DNA from: a virus
Lineage: Duplodnaviria; Caudoviricetes
Strand: one strand, 5' to 3'
DNA: 59,308 bases
Virus record (IMG/VR): IMGVR_UViG_3300030099_001381
Location: 1-59,308 of that record
Below, piece by piece: positions 35,351 to 45,387 of this stretch. The translations under genes were made by a program, and so were the position numbers. Below the pieces are notes generated by a model. The model saw nothing but the letters and a program-made list of their open reading frames with translations. It ran no database searches and was not told the origin of the DNA. Position 1 is the stretch's first letter; the number at the start of each line of letters is the position of its first letter.

Positions 35351-37836
35351 TGGCTATAGATAAATCAATAAAACCTAGTGAAGCTGATCAAGTTAAAAAA
35401 AGTCTTAATGGTCTTGCTACAGAAGTAGAAATAGAAATAGAAACTACTCCTGAAGAAGAAGATGGAAGTATGATTATTCAAATTACTGAAGAGATGACAG
35501 GTCTCGAATCAGGGTTTGGAGAAAATTTAGCTGAACTTATGGATGATGCAGATTTAGATGCACTAGGATCAGAACTTGTAAGTTTATTTGATGCAGATAG
35601 AGAGTCTAGGTCTGATTGGGAAAATACTTATGTAACAGGTTTAGATCAATTAGGTTTAACGATAGATGAAAGAACAGAACCCTGGCCAGGTGCTTGTGGT
35701 GTTTTTCATCCGTTACTTTCAGAAGCAGTAATTAAATTTCAATCTCAAGCTATATCAGAAATATTTCCTGCCGAAGGACCCGTAAAAACAAAAATTGTTG
35801 GGGTTATTGACGAGGAAAAAGAAAAACAATCTCAGCGTATAGAAGAATATATGAATTATATTTTAACCGAACAAATGGTTGAATATAGAACTGAAACAGA
35901 AAAATTATTATTTTCGTTACCTCTAGCAGGATCAGCTTTTAGAAAAGTTTATTATGATACAAACATGGGAAGACCTTGTTCAATATTTGTACCTGCTGAA
36001 GATTTTGTTGTTAGTTATGGTGCAAGTGATTTGCTTACTTGTGAAAGAGCAACTCATGTAATGAAAAAAACAGAAAACGAAATTAAAAAATTAATGTATT
36101 CAGGTTTCTTTAAAGAAATGGAATTACCTTCTCCTTCTCCTGATATCACAGAAATAACAGATAAATATAATAAACTTACAGGTGAAAGTGATACAAGTTT
36201 TGACAACGATAATCGTTATACACTTTTAGAGATGCAAGTTGATATTGACTTAGAAGGTTTTGAAGATATGGAAAATGGAAAACCAACAGGTATTGCTCTT
36301 CCATACATAGTAACCTTAGATAAATCTAGTAGAAAAATTCTTTCAATAAGAAGAAACTACGAAGAGAGTGATCCTAAAAAAATGAGAAGACAGCATTTTG
36401 TTCATTATCAATATTTACCAGGTATTGGTTTTTATGGATTTGGATTAATTCATATGATTGGTGGTTTAAGTAGATCAGCAACTTCTTTACTTCGTCAGTT
36501 AATTGATGCAGGTACATTATCTAATTTGCCAGGTGGTCTTAAAACTAGAGGTCTTAGAATTAAAGGTGATGATACACCTATTATGCCAGGTGAATTTAGA
36601 GATGTAGATGTGCCAGGTGGTTCTATTGGAGAAAACATACAGTTCTTACCTTACAAAGAACCTAGCCCAACACTCTATCAGTTACTTACAACTATTGTTG
36701 ATGAAGGCAGAAGGTTTGCAAGTTTAGGTGATTTAAAAATTGCAGACATGAATAATGAAGCACCTGTTGGTACTACACTTGCTCTTATGGAAAGACAAAT
36801 GAAAGTTATGGGTGCTATTCAATCAAGACTTCACGCATCAATGCACAAAGAATTTAACATACTAAGTAAGATCATAGCTAACTTTACCTCACCTAGCTAT
36901 CCTTACTCAGAGAAGCCTGATGAGTTTGTTAAAGCAAAAGACTTTGATGGAAGAGTTGATGTAATTCCTGTAAGCAATCCAAATGCTGCAACAATGTCTC
37001 AAAGAATTATGCAGTATCAAGCAGCACTTCAATTAGCCTCACAAGCACCTGAGATGTATGATATGCCTGAATTACACAGACAAATGTTAGAGGTATTAGG
37101 TATTGAAAATGTTGATAAAGTTATTCCTAATAAAGATGATATTAAACCTACTGATCCTGTAACAGAAAATATGAATTTCTTAAATGGTATACCTTGTAAA
37201 GCATTTGAATATCAAGATCACGAAGCCCACATTGCTGTTCATACAGCAGGATTGCAAGACCCTGAGTTCCAACTATTGTTAAGTCAAAGTGGAAAAGCAG
37301 ATCAAATAGTTATGGCAGTAGAAGCACACATTAGAGAACACTTAGCGTTCTTATATAGAGATGATATTGAAAAAGAAATGGGTACTCCTTTACCTCCTCT
37401 TGGCGAAAAACTTCCACCTGAAGTTGAGAAAAGATTATCAGAACTTGTTGCGTCAGCAGCAGAAAAACTTTCTCTTCGTAAGCAACAAGAAGCTAGACAA
37501 GCTGAAGCAAATGCTCAAGCACAAGACCCAATTGTTCAACAAAGAGCTAGAGAACTTGATATTAAAGAAGCTGATATTATGCGTAAAGCTCAAGCAGATC
37601 AAAACAAAGCTATGCTTAATCAAGAAAAACTTAAAGCAGATATTGTTAAAAATATGATGGCTTTAAAATCTAAAGAAAAATTAACAGGAACAGAATTAGG
37701 TGTTCGTATTGGTGAAGCACTTCTTGATGCTTCTGTTAAAGATGGCGATGCTGACGAAAGAGGATTTGCAGAAGGAATTAAATTAGCAATAGAAATACAA
37801 AAAACAATACAAGAAGCAGATAAAGATAATGGCTAG
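35350..37836 (+). CDS. Portal protein (P22-like, long C-terminal barrel)
   Basis: 828 aa after TerL; PWPGACGVFHP, LPLAGSAFRKVYYD, GFYGFGL; coiled-coil C-terminus. Confidence 0.9.
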   Translation: MAIDKSIKPSEADQVKKSLNGLATEVEIEIETTPEEEDGSMIIQITEEMTGLESGFGENLAELMDDADLDALGSELVSLFDADRESRSDWENTYVTGLDQLGLTIDERTEPWPGACGVFHPLLSEAVIKFQSQAISEIFPAEGPVKTKIVGVIDEEKEKQSQRIEEYMNYILTEQMVEYRTETEKLLFSLPLAGSAFRKVYYDTNMGRPCSIFVPAEDFVVSYGASDLLTCERATHVMKKTENEIKKLMYSGFFKEMELPSPSPDITEITDKYNKLTGESDTSFDNDNRYTLLEMQVDIDLEGFEDMENGKPTGIALPYIVTLDKSSRKILSIRRNYEESDPKKMRRQHFVHYQYLPGIGFYGFGLIHMIGGLSRSATSLLRQLIDAGTLSNLPGGLKTRGLRIKGDDTPIMPGEFRDVDVPGGSIGENIQFLPYKEPSPTLYQLLTTIVDEGRRFASLGDLKIADMNNEAPVGTTLALMERQMKVMGAIQSRLHASMHKEFNILSKIIANFTSPSYPYSEKPDEFVKAKDFDGRVDVIPVSNPNAATMSQRIMQYQAALQLASQAPEMYDMPELHRQMLEVLGIENVDKVIPNKDDIKPTDPVTENMNFLNGIPCKAFEYQDHEAHIAVHTAGLQDPEFQLLLSQSGKADQIVMAVEAHIREHLAFLYRDDIEKEMGTPLPPLGEKLPPEVEKRLSELVASAAEKLSLRKQQEARQAEANAQAQDPIVQQRARELDIKEADIMRKAQADQNKAMLNQEKLKADIVKNMMALKSKEKLTGTELGVRIGEALLDASVKDGDADERGFAEGIKLAIEIQKTIQEADKDNG

Positions 37837-38128
37837 AAAAAAAGCTAAAAACATACCTAGAACTACAAAAGGTAAAGGTGCTAATTTTAGACCTACTAAA
37901 TCTGGTGCAGGTATGACAGCAAAAGGAGTTAGAGCATATCGTAAAGCTAATCCTGGTTCTAAATTAAAAACAGCAGTTACAGGCAAAGTTAAAAAAGGTA
38001 GTAAAGCCGCAAAAAGAAGAAAAAGTTATTGTGCTAGATCATTAGGTCAGTTAAAAAGAAGTAGTGCTAAAACTAGAAACGATCCTAATTCTAGAATTAG
38101 ACAAGCAAGGCGTAGATGGAAATGTTAA
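37829..38128 (+). CDS. Small basic head-associated protein
   Basis: 99 aa Lys/Arg-rich, RRKSYCAR...RRWKC. Confidence 0.7.
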   Translation: MARKKAKNIPRTTKGKGANFRPTKSGAGMTAKGVRAYRKANPGSKLKTAVTGKVKKGSKAAKRRKSYCARSLGQLKRSSAKTRNDPNSRIRQARRRWKC

Positions 38129-38143
38129 CAAAAGGAGATAACT

Positions 38144-38383
38144 ATGAAAACATCTAAAGGTAAAACTAGAATGAAAGCTGGTAAAAAAGTTAAAGGTAAA
38201 ACTCGTATGATGGGTGGCAAAAGAGTTAAAGGTAAAACTCGCATGATGGCTGGTAAAAAAGTCAAAGGCAAAACTCGCATGATGGGTGGTGGTAAAGCAA
38301 CCAAAGGCTACAGCCGAGGTGGTAAAACCAAAATGAGAGCTGGCAAAAAAGTTAAAGGTAAAAAAAGAGGCGGCAAAAGATAA
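38144..38383 (+). CDS. Basic tandem-repeat protein
   Basis: 13-aa repeats KGKTRM[MK][AG]GK[KR]V. Confidence 0.7.
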   Translation: MKTSKGKTRMKAGKKVKGKTRMMGGKRVKGKTRMMAGKKVKGKTRMMGGGKATKGYSRGGKTKMRAGKKVKGKKRGGKR

Positions 38384-38402
38384 TTAAACATAGGGAGGTT
38401 TT

Positions 38403-39056
38403 ATGTCTTATTTAATATCTAATATCCCATACTTTAAGGTATGGGTAAGAAAAGAGTTTACAGCTAGTCACGAAAAATATCATGGAGAATTTATTCATGG
38501 ATTAGCTGTAGCAGTTAATTGTATTCCTGATAGATCATTATCATTTCAAGTTATATTTACAGGTTGTGAAGACATGGACAATAATGTCCATGGTGGTGCT
38601 ATGTGGGCTAGAATGCCTATACAAGGAATGATGGCAGATATTCCTGTAGAAGACTGGCCAGATAGAATGGAAAATCATCTGTGTCAACCTTGGGATTGTA
38701 TGTCTCATCATCATTCAGTTATATCAATAGATAGAGCATCATCATCACCTTGGTATGCTAAAATAGGTGGTGAATTTTATATGGCTAAATATATCTTTAC
38801 TGTTGATTATACAGAGCATGATATTGCAGATAGTCCTGATCAACATAAACAAAGTCATTTACTGTATTTAACTGAAGGTCAATGGAAAGGTAATTTAGTT
38901 GCTTTACCAAATAACAGAGTAAGAGTTACTAATCCTGCATTGTGGGTTACAGGAGAAGGAGCTCCTGATTTTATGCCTAGTCAAGAAATACATAGTAGTG
39001 AAGAACATGAAAGTTACACTGATCCAAATATAACCTTTAATAATTTATATAAATAG
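38403..39056 (+). CDS. Conserved phage hypothetical protein
   Basis: 217 aa, GGAMWARMP, QPWDC, HKQSH, LPNNR motifs. Confidence 0.75.
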   Translation: MSYLISNIPYFKVWVRKEFTASHEKYHGEFIHGLAVAVNCIPDRSLSFQVIFTGCEDMDNNVHGGAMWARMPIQGMMADIPVEDWPDRMENHLCQPWDCMSHHHSVISIDRASSSPWYAKIGGEFYMAKYIFTVDYTEHDIADSPDQHKQSHLLYLTEGQWKGNLVALPNNRVRVTNPALWVTGEGAPDFMPSQEIHSSEEHESYTDPNITFNNLYK

Positions 39057-39070
39057 GATAATATAAAAAA

Positions 39071-39346
39071 ATGGCTACAAAGAAAAAAATACCAACAGGC
39101 AAAAAAGGTAAAGGTCTTAGAAAATTACCTAAAACTGTTAGAAATAAAATGGGCTACATGAAAAAAGGTGGCAAAGCAAAATCTCGTGTAAACGAAGCAG
39201 GTAATTATACTAAACCAACTATGAGAAAAAGACTGTTTAATAAAATAAAAGCAGGAACTAAAGGTGGTAAAGCAGGTCAATGGTCTGCTAGAAAAGCACA
39301 ATTACTAGCTTCTGAATATAAAAAAGCAGGTGGTGGCTATAAGTAA
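39071..39346 (+). CDS. Small basic protein
   Basis: 91 aa, MKKGG motif, GQWSARKAQ. Confidence 0.7.
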   Translation: MATKKKIPTGKKGKGLRKLPKTVRNKMGYMKKGGKAKSRVNEAGNYTKPTMRKRLFNKIKAGTKGGKAGQWSARKAQLLASEYKKAGGGYK

Positions 39347-39585
39347 TGGCACTAAAAAAATCTCAAAAGTCTTTAAAGAATTGGACTAAACAAAAATGGA
39401 GAACTAAAAGTGGTAAACCTTCTGCAAAAACAGGAGAAAGGTATCTACCTGAAAGTGCTATAAAATCTTTATCATCAAGAGAGTATGCGGCAACCACTAG
39501 AAAAAAAAGAGCCGATACAAAAAAAGGTAAACAGTTTTCTAAACAACCTAAAAGAATTGCTAAAAAAGTTAAAAGACACAGATAG
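39346..39585 (+). CDS. Small basic protein (DUF5872-like)
   Basis: QKSLKNWTKQKWRT...ERYLP. Confidence 0.7.
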   Translation: MALKKSQKSLKNWTKQKWRTKSGKPSAKTGERYLPESAIKSLSSREYAATTRKKRADTKKGKQFSKQPKRIAKKVKRHR

Positions 39586-39676
39586 TTTTAAATATTCTCT
39601 AGGGAATATTTAAATATTTCTTGTATTATTGATTTTATCAGGTTAATAATTATATTAATATAAATATAGGTTAACG

Positions 39677-39817
39677 ATGAAGTATATAGTATTAACAGTA
39701 TTAAGTTTATTTGTAGTTACAGGATGTGCTAGTTCAAACATATCTTTAACAGCAAATATACCTGAATCTCAAGAAATTGATATTCGTATTACTACTGAAA
39801 ATAAAGACTCAAACTAG
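39677..39817 (+). CDS. Small lipoprotein (46 aa, not in ORF track)
   Basis: MKYIVLTVLSLFVVTG-C signal peptide with lipobox. Confidence 0.6.
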   Translation: MKYIVLTVLSLFVVTGCASSNISLTANIPESQEIDIRITTENKDSN

Positions 39818-39836
39818 CTATAGTTGAGGGAGAAAC

Positions 39837-40025
39837 ATGGCAGAAACTCAGTTCAGTCTTTTGAGAAAAAAGATTCAATCTGAAATAAAACAAATAGAAG
39901 AAAGACTTGTGGAGGGAACTCCAAAGGATTATTCAGAATATGTTCATCTTACAGGTATTATAAAAGGTTTATCCATAGCTGACAGAGAGGTCGCTGAAAT
40001 GGAAGCTAGATTTATGGAGGACTAA
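39837..40025 (+). CDS. Hypothetical protein
   Basis: 62 aa, DYSEY..LTGIIKGL, precedes GroES. Confidence 0.65.
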   Translation: MAETQFSLLRKKIQSEIKQIEERLVEGTPKDYSEYVHLTGIIKGLSIADREVAEMEARFMED

Positions 40026-40547
40026 ATGAAAGTAAAAGATAATAGAGTTTCAAAAAAAATCAGAGCTAGAGATGATAAAGGTAAATTTATCGGTGATGAT
40101 CCTGACACTCCTGATATTAATGAAGCATATGTCAGTGAAGAAATTCATAATAAATTAAAAACAAAAGCAGATGACGCTAAAGAAGCGTTACTTAAAAAAT
40201 CAGGAGAAGCTACAGCTTCTCAATTACCTGAACCGAAAGGTTACAGAATTCTTATCGCACTACCTGATGTTTCTTCAAAAACACAGGGTGGTATATACAA
40301 GCCTGATGATATAATGCACTCGGAAGAGATAGCTACTGTTGTTGGTTTTGTATTAAAAATGGGAGAAGAATGCTACGATGATAAAAAGAAATTTTCGTCA
40401 GGTGCGTGGTGTAAAGAAGGAGATTGGGTTGTTTTCCGTGCCTTTACAGGAACTAGATTAAAAATACATGGAAAAGAATTCAGAATTATTAATGATGACA
40501 ATGTAGAAGCAGTTGTCCAAGACCCTAGAGGCATAGAAAGAGTATGA
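40026..40547 (+). CDS. groES: Phage-encoded GroES-like co-chaperonin
   Basis: PKGYRILI, KTQGGI, GDWV, EFRIINDDNVEAVV; N-terminal extension. Confidence 0.85.
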   Translation: MKVKDNRVSKKIRARDDKGKFIGDDPDTPDINEAYVSEEIHNKLKTKADDAKEALLKKSGEATASQLPEPKGYRILIALPDVSSKTQGGIYKPDDIMHSEEIATVVGFVLKMGEECYDDKKKFSSGAWCKEGDWVVFRAFTGTRLKIHGKEFRIINDDNVEAVVQDPRGIERV

Positions 40548-41569
40548 GTGATACACAATTAAATGAAACAGAAAACTTTGATAACCCACCTGAAATAGAA
40601 AATCAGTCAAATGAAGAAAAGTTTTTAGGTGTTAAGTCTTCTGTAGGTATAAATAAAGAAGATAATATTGAAGTGGAGATTGTTGATGATCGACCAATAG
40701 AAGATAGAAAACCTCCTAAAAAAGAAACAACTGATAATTCAGAGGAAATATCAGATTTATCAGAAAACGCTAACAAAAGAATTAAAAAGTTAAAGTATGA
40801 TTATCATGAGGAAAGAAGAAGAAAAGAAGAAGCAGAACGACTCAGAGATGAAGCTGTTAACTATGCTAAGAGAGCTGTTAGTGAAAATGAAAGACTTTCT
40901 CGTCTTGTGGGAACAGGACAAGAAGAACTTATTAAACAAGCAAAGCAAAAAGCAGAATATGCCAAACAGTCGGCGGCTCAAAACTATAAGAAAGCCTATG
41001 AAGATGGTGACGCTGATGCGATTGCGAAAGCTCAACAAATCCTTACAGAAGCGACACTCGCAAGTCAACAAGCAGAATACTTACCACAACAATTAGCAAA
41101 TCAAGTATTACAAGAAGAACAAAAGCAACAACAGAATGTTCAGCCGCAACAACAACCTGATGTTCCTAAAGTTCCTGAACCTGATCCACAAGCATTAGAG
41201 TGGCAAAAAAATAACACTTGGTTTGGCGTTGATGAAGAAATGACAAATTTTGCATATGGAGTTCACGCTAAACTTGTAAAAGAAAATGTTGATCCCACAT
41301 CAAAAGAGTATTATGATCGTGTTGATCAAAGGATGAGGGAAGTATTTCCTAAAGAATTTGACATCGAGGAATCTTATCAGGAGGTAGCAGAGCCTGAAGA
41401 TACTCGCAAGTCGCAACAAACACCACCTAATGTGGTAGCTCCTGCGACTAGAAACAACGGAGCAAGACCTAATAAGGTCAAACTAACTGCTACTCAAGTT
41501 TCTCTCGCTAGGAAACTTGGTATTACACCTGAACAATATGCGGCAGAACTTATCAAGGAGAAAAGATAA
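40544..41569 (+). CDS. Putative capsid scaffolding protein
   Basis: Acidic coiled coil, WQKNNTWFG, C-terminal LARKLGITPEQYA; upstream of capsid genes. Confidence 0.7.
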   Translation: MSDTQLNETENFDNPPEIENQSNEEKFLGVKSSVGINKEDNIEVEIVDDRPIEDRKPPKKETTDNSEEISDLSENANKRIKKLKYDYHEERRRKEEAERLRDEAVNYAKRAVSENERLSRLVGTGQEELIKQAKQKAEYAKQSAAQNYKKAYEDGDADAIAKAQQILTEATLASQQAEYLPQQLANQVLQEEQKQQQNVQPQQQPDVPKVPEPDPQALEWQKNNTWFGVDEEMTNFAYGVHAKLVKENVDPTSKEYYDRVDQRMREVFPKEFDIEESYQEVAEPEDTRKSQQTPPNVVAPATRNNGARPNKVKLTATQVSLARKLGITPEQYAAELIKEKR

Positions 41570-42105
41570 TGACTAAAAAAGACATTAACGAAAAAAACCA
41601 AGATCAAATAGAAGCAGAAGTGCTTGAAGCCACAGAAGATTCAGGTGATAGCCGCACTCCACGACAAACTCGTGGGAATGATCAAAGAGCAGACACGCAG
41701 CGAACTCAAGCGTGGCAACCACCTTCAGTCCTTCCTGATCCCAAACCTCAAGATGGTTGGGTATTTAGATGGGTTAGAACTGCTGTAGTCGGACAATCAG
41801 ATAATCCTAATGTCTCTTATAGATTTAGGGAAGGATGGGAAGCCGCTAAAGCAGAAGATCATCCTGAATTAAAGATCATGTGTGATCAAGATTCAAGATG
41901 GGCATCTGACGGATGTATTGAAATAGGTGGTCTATTATTATGTAAAGCACCTGCTGAAACTGTGAAAGCAAGGCAAGAATACTTTGACAAGTTAGCCACT
42001 CAGCAAGTTGAGTCTATAGATAATAATTATCTCAGAGAAAGTGATCCAAGAATGCCAATGTTAGAACCACATAGGCAATCAAGGACTACATTCGGTAAAC
42101 ATTAA
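41569..42105 (+). CDS. Conserved head-module protein
   Basis: FRWVR...EGWE...GGLLLCK motif, between scaffold and capsid genes. Confidence 0.65.
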   Translation: MTKKDINEKNQDQIEAEVLEATEDSGDSRTPRQTRGNDQRADTQRTQAWQPPSVLPDPKPQDGWVFRWVRTAVVGQSDNPNVSYRFREGWEAAKAEDHPELKIMCDQDSRWASDGCIEIGGLLLCKAPAETVKARQEYFDKLATQQVESIDNNYLRESDPRMPMLEPHRQSRTTFGKH

Positions 42106-42119
42106 CCAAGGAGTAAATT

Positions 42120-42710
42120 ATGGCTAAAACAGCAACCCCAATGGGTGCAGAGCCTATAGGTACTACTTCAGCTAGTGGATCATTTAGTGGAAAGACAAGA
42201 TATTTTCCAATAAAATCAGCAGAAGGAACAAGCATCTTTTATGGTGATTTTGTGAAATTAGTAACAGCAGGAGGCGTTGTAACAGTAGCAAAAGATACTG
42301 GCACTGCAACACTCACACCTGTAGGTATCTTTTTAGGGTGTACTTATACAGACCCTAATACTAAGCAAACTACTTTTGCCCAATCTTACAACACTTCTAT
42401 TGCAGCTGATGACATCAATGCTATCGTCTTAGACGATCCAAATGTTGAATTCAGAATGCAAGCAGATGGAGCTGTAGCAAAAGGCAAAATCGGCAGTAAT
42501 ATAGCAGTTGTGCAAACAGCTGGTTCAACAGACATCGGAAGAAGTAAAAATGCTCTCGATGCCTCTACTGCTGCAACAACAAACACCTTACCAATTCGTA
42601 TACTTGGATTCGTAGAAAGCGGCGAAAGCACAGCAGGAGATGCATTTACTGATCTTATTGTGAAATTCAACGCAGGAATGCATTCATACGACAAACCTTT
42701 AGGCATATAG
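42120..42710 (+). CDS. Capsid decoration / cement protein
   Basis: 196 aa, IFYGD.V, VGIFLGC, DDPN; immediately upstream of the major capsid gene. Confidence 0.7.
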   Translation: MAKTATPMGAEPIGTTSASGSFSGKTRYFPIKSAEGTSIFYGDFVKLVTAGGVVTVAKDTGTATLTPVGIFLGCTYTDPNTKQTTFAQSYNTSIAADDINAIVLDDPNVEFRMQADGAVAKGKIGSNIAVVQTAGSTDIGRSKNALDASTAATTNTLPIRILGFVESGESTAGDAFTDLIVKFNAGMHSYDKPLGI

Positions 42711-42721
42711 GAGAATAAGAT

Positions 42722-43660
42722 ATGGCAATTTCAAGAGCCCAAATGCTCAAAGAGCTACTTCCAGGTCTAAACGCATTGTTTGGTTTGGAATATGAAGGAT
42801 ACGATTCAGAAGATAAAGAAATCTATGAAACTGAAAATTCTGATCGTTCATTTGAAGAAGAAGTGAAACTCTCAGGGTTTGGTCAAGCCCCTGTAAAAAA
42901 TGAAGGAGCAGCAATGACTTATGATTCTGCTCAAGAATCTTTTACTGCTAGATATACCCACGAGACAGTTGCACTAGGTTTTGCAATTACTGAAGAAGCA
43001 ATGGAAGACAATCTTTACGATAGTCTTTCTAGCAGATACACTAAAGCACTAGCTAGAGCAATGGCTTATACTAAACAAGTAAAAGCTGTGTTTCCTTTAA
43101 ATAATGGTTTTACTAATGCATATCAGTCAGGTGATGGCGTAAATTTATTTACTGCTGTCGGTGATGGCGTAGCAGGAGGTGGTGGTCACCCTCTAGTAAA
43201 TGGTGGATTCAATAGTAATCGACCTGTTACAGGAGCAGACCTAAACGAAACTTCCCTAGAAGCTGCGATCATAGACATTTCTGGTTATACTGATGAGAGA
43301 GGACTATTAGTTGCAGGTCGTGCAAGAAAACTTATTGTACCACCTAATCTAATGTTCGTAGCTCAAAGGATACTAGCAACTGATCTAAGACCTAACACTG
43401 CTGATAATGATATCAATGCAATTAAATCATTAGGAGTAATTCCTGATGGTTACTCAGTTAATCACTATTTAACTGATACAAATGCATTCTATCTATTAAC
43501 AGACATACCAAATGGTATGAAGCATTTCGTTAGAACACCATTAGAAACAGGCATGGATGGAGATTTCGACACAGGTAATGTTCGTTATCGTGCTAGAGAA
43601 AGATATAGCTTTGGCGTATCTGATCCTCTAGGAATCTATGGAAGCCCTGGTTCTTCATAG
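42722..43660 (+). CDS. Major capsid protein
   Basis: MAISRAQMLKELLPGLNALFG...ITEEAMEDNLY...RERYSFGVSDP; followed by a terminator. Confidence 0.9.
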   Translation: MAISRAQMLKELLPGLNALFGLEYEGYDSEDKEIYETENSDRSFEEEVKLSGFGQAPVKNEGAAMTYDSAQESFTARYTHETVALGFAITEEAMEDNLYDSLSSRYTKALARAMAYTKQVKAVFPLNNGFTNAYQSGDGVNLFTAVGDGVAGGGGHPLVNGGFNSNRPVTGADLNETSLEAAIIDISGYTDERGLLVAGRARKLIVPPNLMFVAQRILATDLRPNTADNDINAIKSLGVIPDGYSVNHYLTDTNAFYLLTDIPNGMKHFVRTPLETGMDGDFDTGNVRYRARERYSFGVSDPLGIYGSPGSS

Positions 43661-43709
43661 GTCTTTTAGTTAAAAAAAATAAATATTCTCTAGGGAATAG
43701 ATATTTTTA

Positions 43710-43741
43710 AAGGGGAAGTTCTTGCTTCCCCTTATTTTTTT
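43710..43741 (+). terminator. Terminator after the major capsid gene
   Basis: AAGGGGAAG/CTTCCCCTT stem plus T-tract. Confidence 0.8.
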
Positions 43742-43815
43742 GTGTAATATTAAATAAAATAAAAGAATCACTTGACTAACTTCGGTTAGACAACCCAACG
43801 ACAAGGAGATTACAA

Positions 43816-44271
43816 ATGGGTAAAACAACATTTTCAGGTCCTATTAAAGCAGGAACTATTAACGATACAACAGGTACTACAGTAGGAACAGATGTTACTA
43901 ATGTAGGTTTTGTCACAATGGCACAATCAAAAGTAGTAAATATTACAGGTGCAAGTCAACTTAATCAAAGAGTTGCAGTTGTTCCTGCAAATTCACAAAT
44001 TGTAGATGTCATCTTAAATGTAACAACTGCTGGCAATGATGGTGGAGCCGCTATTATTTCTGTAGGAACATCAGCAGATGCAGATGCTTTTTTAAATGAT
44101 GTGAATACTAAAGCAGTAGGAACAACACACGGAACTTTAGACACAGAAGCTACCAATGTAGGAACAACTGATTTAGAAGTTCTTGCTGATTTTACAGGTG
44201 CTAATGGTGACGGAACAACAGGTGTTGCTACAGTTACTGTTCTTTATGTTCAAAACAACAACCTTTCTTAA
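43816..44271 (+). CDS. Minor capsid / decoration protein
   Basis: TTFSGP N-terminus, Thr/Gly-rich beta protein, AAGGAG RBS. Confidence 0.65.
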   Translation: MGKTTFSGPIKAGTINDTTGTTVGTDVTNVGFVTMAQSKVVNITGASQLNQRVAVVPANSQIVDVILNVTTAGNDGGAAIISVGTSADADAFLNDVNTKAVGTTHGTLDTEATNVGTTDLEVLADFTGANGDGTTGVATVTVLYVQNNNLS

Positions 44272-44399
44272 TAACTAAGGAGGTCTAAATGGCAGACGAA
44301 AAGAAAGCTAAATCTAAAGCTAAACCTAAAAAAGTAAAAGATAGATACGCTAGAGTTGGTTTTGTTCAAGCTACAAAATCTGTTAAAAAGGAGAAGTAA

Positions 44400-44813
44400 A
44401 TGGCTGCAACATTAAGAAAAATTCAAGATGGTAGTAATAGAGCCGTATGCGTTTTTACTAATCCTGATGCTACTGCTGAAACTAACGCAGTAAAAATAGA
44501 TTTAAATGGTGGTGGAACAGGACTAACTTTAGAAGATAATCAACTAGGTCAAAAGTGCACAAGAGTAGGTATTGAAAAAATATGGTACTCTAATATAGGT
44601 ATGGGCGTTAAAATTCTTTTTAAAGCAAATTCTAATGAACTAGCTATAGAACTTAAAGAAGATTGGTCTGATGAAATATGCTTTAAAGAGTTTACTTCAT
44701 TAAGAGATTCAGGAACAGCAGGTACTAATGGTGATGTTCTTTTTACTACAGTTGGTGCAGCAGGTAATGATACTTACACTATTATTATCTCATTTAAAAA
44801 ATATTACGGATAA
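44400..44813 (+). CDS. Putative structural protein
   Basis: 137-aa beta-rich ORF in the structural operon. Confidence 0.55.
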   Translation: MAATLRKIQDGSNRAVCVFTNPDATAETNAVKIDLNGGGTGLTLEDNQLGQKCTRVGIEKIWYSNIGMGVKILFKANSNELAIELKEDWSDEICFKEFTSLRDSGTAGTNGDVLFTTVGAAGNDTYTIIISFKKYYG

Positions 44814-44818
44814 TACTA

Positions 44819-45370
44819 ATGGCAAAAGAAAAAAAAGACTCTGATAAAATTAATAAAATGTATAAAGGCAAAACTTATAGAAGCCAAAGAGCCTTAGACA
44901 GAGCTAAAGCTAAAGTTAAACAAAATAAGCAAGATAGAAAAACAACAAGAAAAAGAAGAATGGATGAGTTTAATGAAACTGTCCGTAAAAATAATGCTTT
45001 AATAAGAGCAGGAAGAGGCAATCAAACTAGAACAGTACAAGAAAGAAGAAAGATAAAAGAAAATATTGAAAAAGCTAAAGAAAGCAACAAAAAGAATGTT
45101 ACTGTTAAACCATCTACCCCAACTGCACCTAAAAAATTTGATTATAGAAATAAAATGAAAACTAAATTTAGTTCAGCAAGGGCAAGAAGGGCGGCTAGAG
45201 GAAGAACATCTGCCGAGATAGCTAAAGACCCATCTTTTTTCAAGAACACTAGTAAAGGTAAATATCTTAGAGGCTTACACTTTGCACTAAGAAAACAAGG
45301 AATGGCAACTGGTGGTGTAGTTAATAAACCATCTACTAAGCCTTCAGCAGGGAATAAGTGGAATTCATAA
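44819..45370 (+). CDS. Lys/Arg-rich protein
   Basis: 183 aa, strongly basic, MATGG motif near the C-terminus. Confidence 0.6.
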   Translation: MAKEKKDSDKINKMYKGKTYRSQRALDRAKAKVKQNKQDRKTTRKRRMDEFNETVRKNNALIRAGRGNQTRTVQERRKIKENIEKAKESNKKNVTVKPSTPTAPKKFDYRNKMKTKFSSARARRAARGRTSAEIAKDPSFFKNTSKGKYLRGLHFALRKQGMATGGVVNKPSTKPSAGNKWNS

Positions 45371-45387
45371 TATATTAGGGAGGACTA

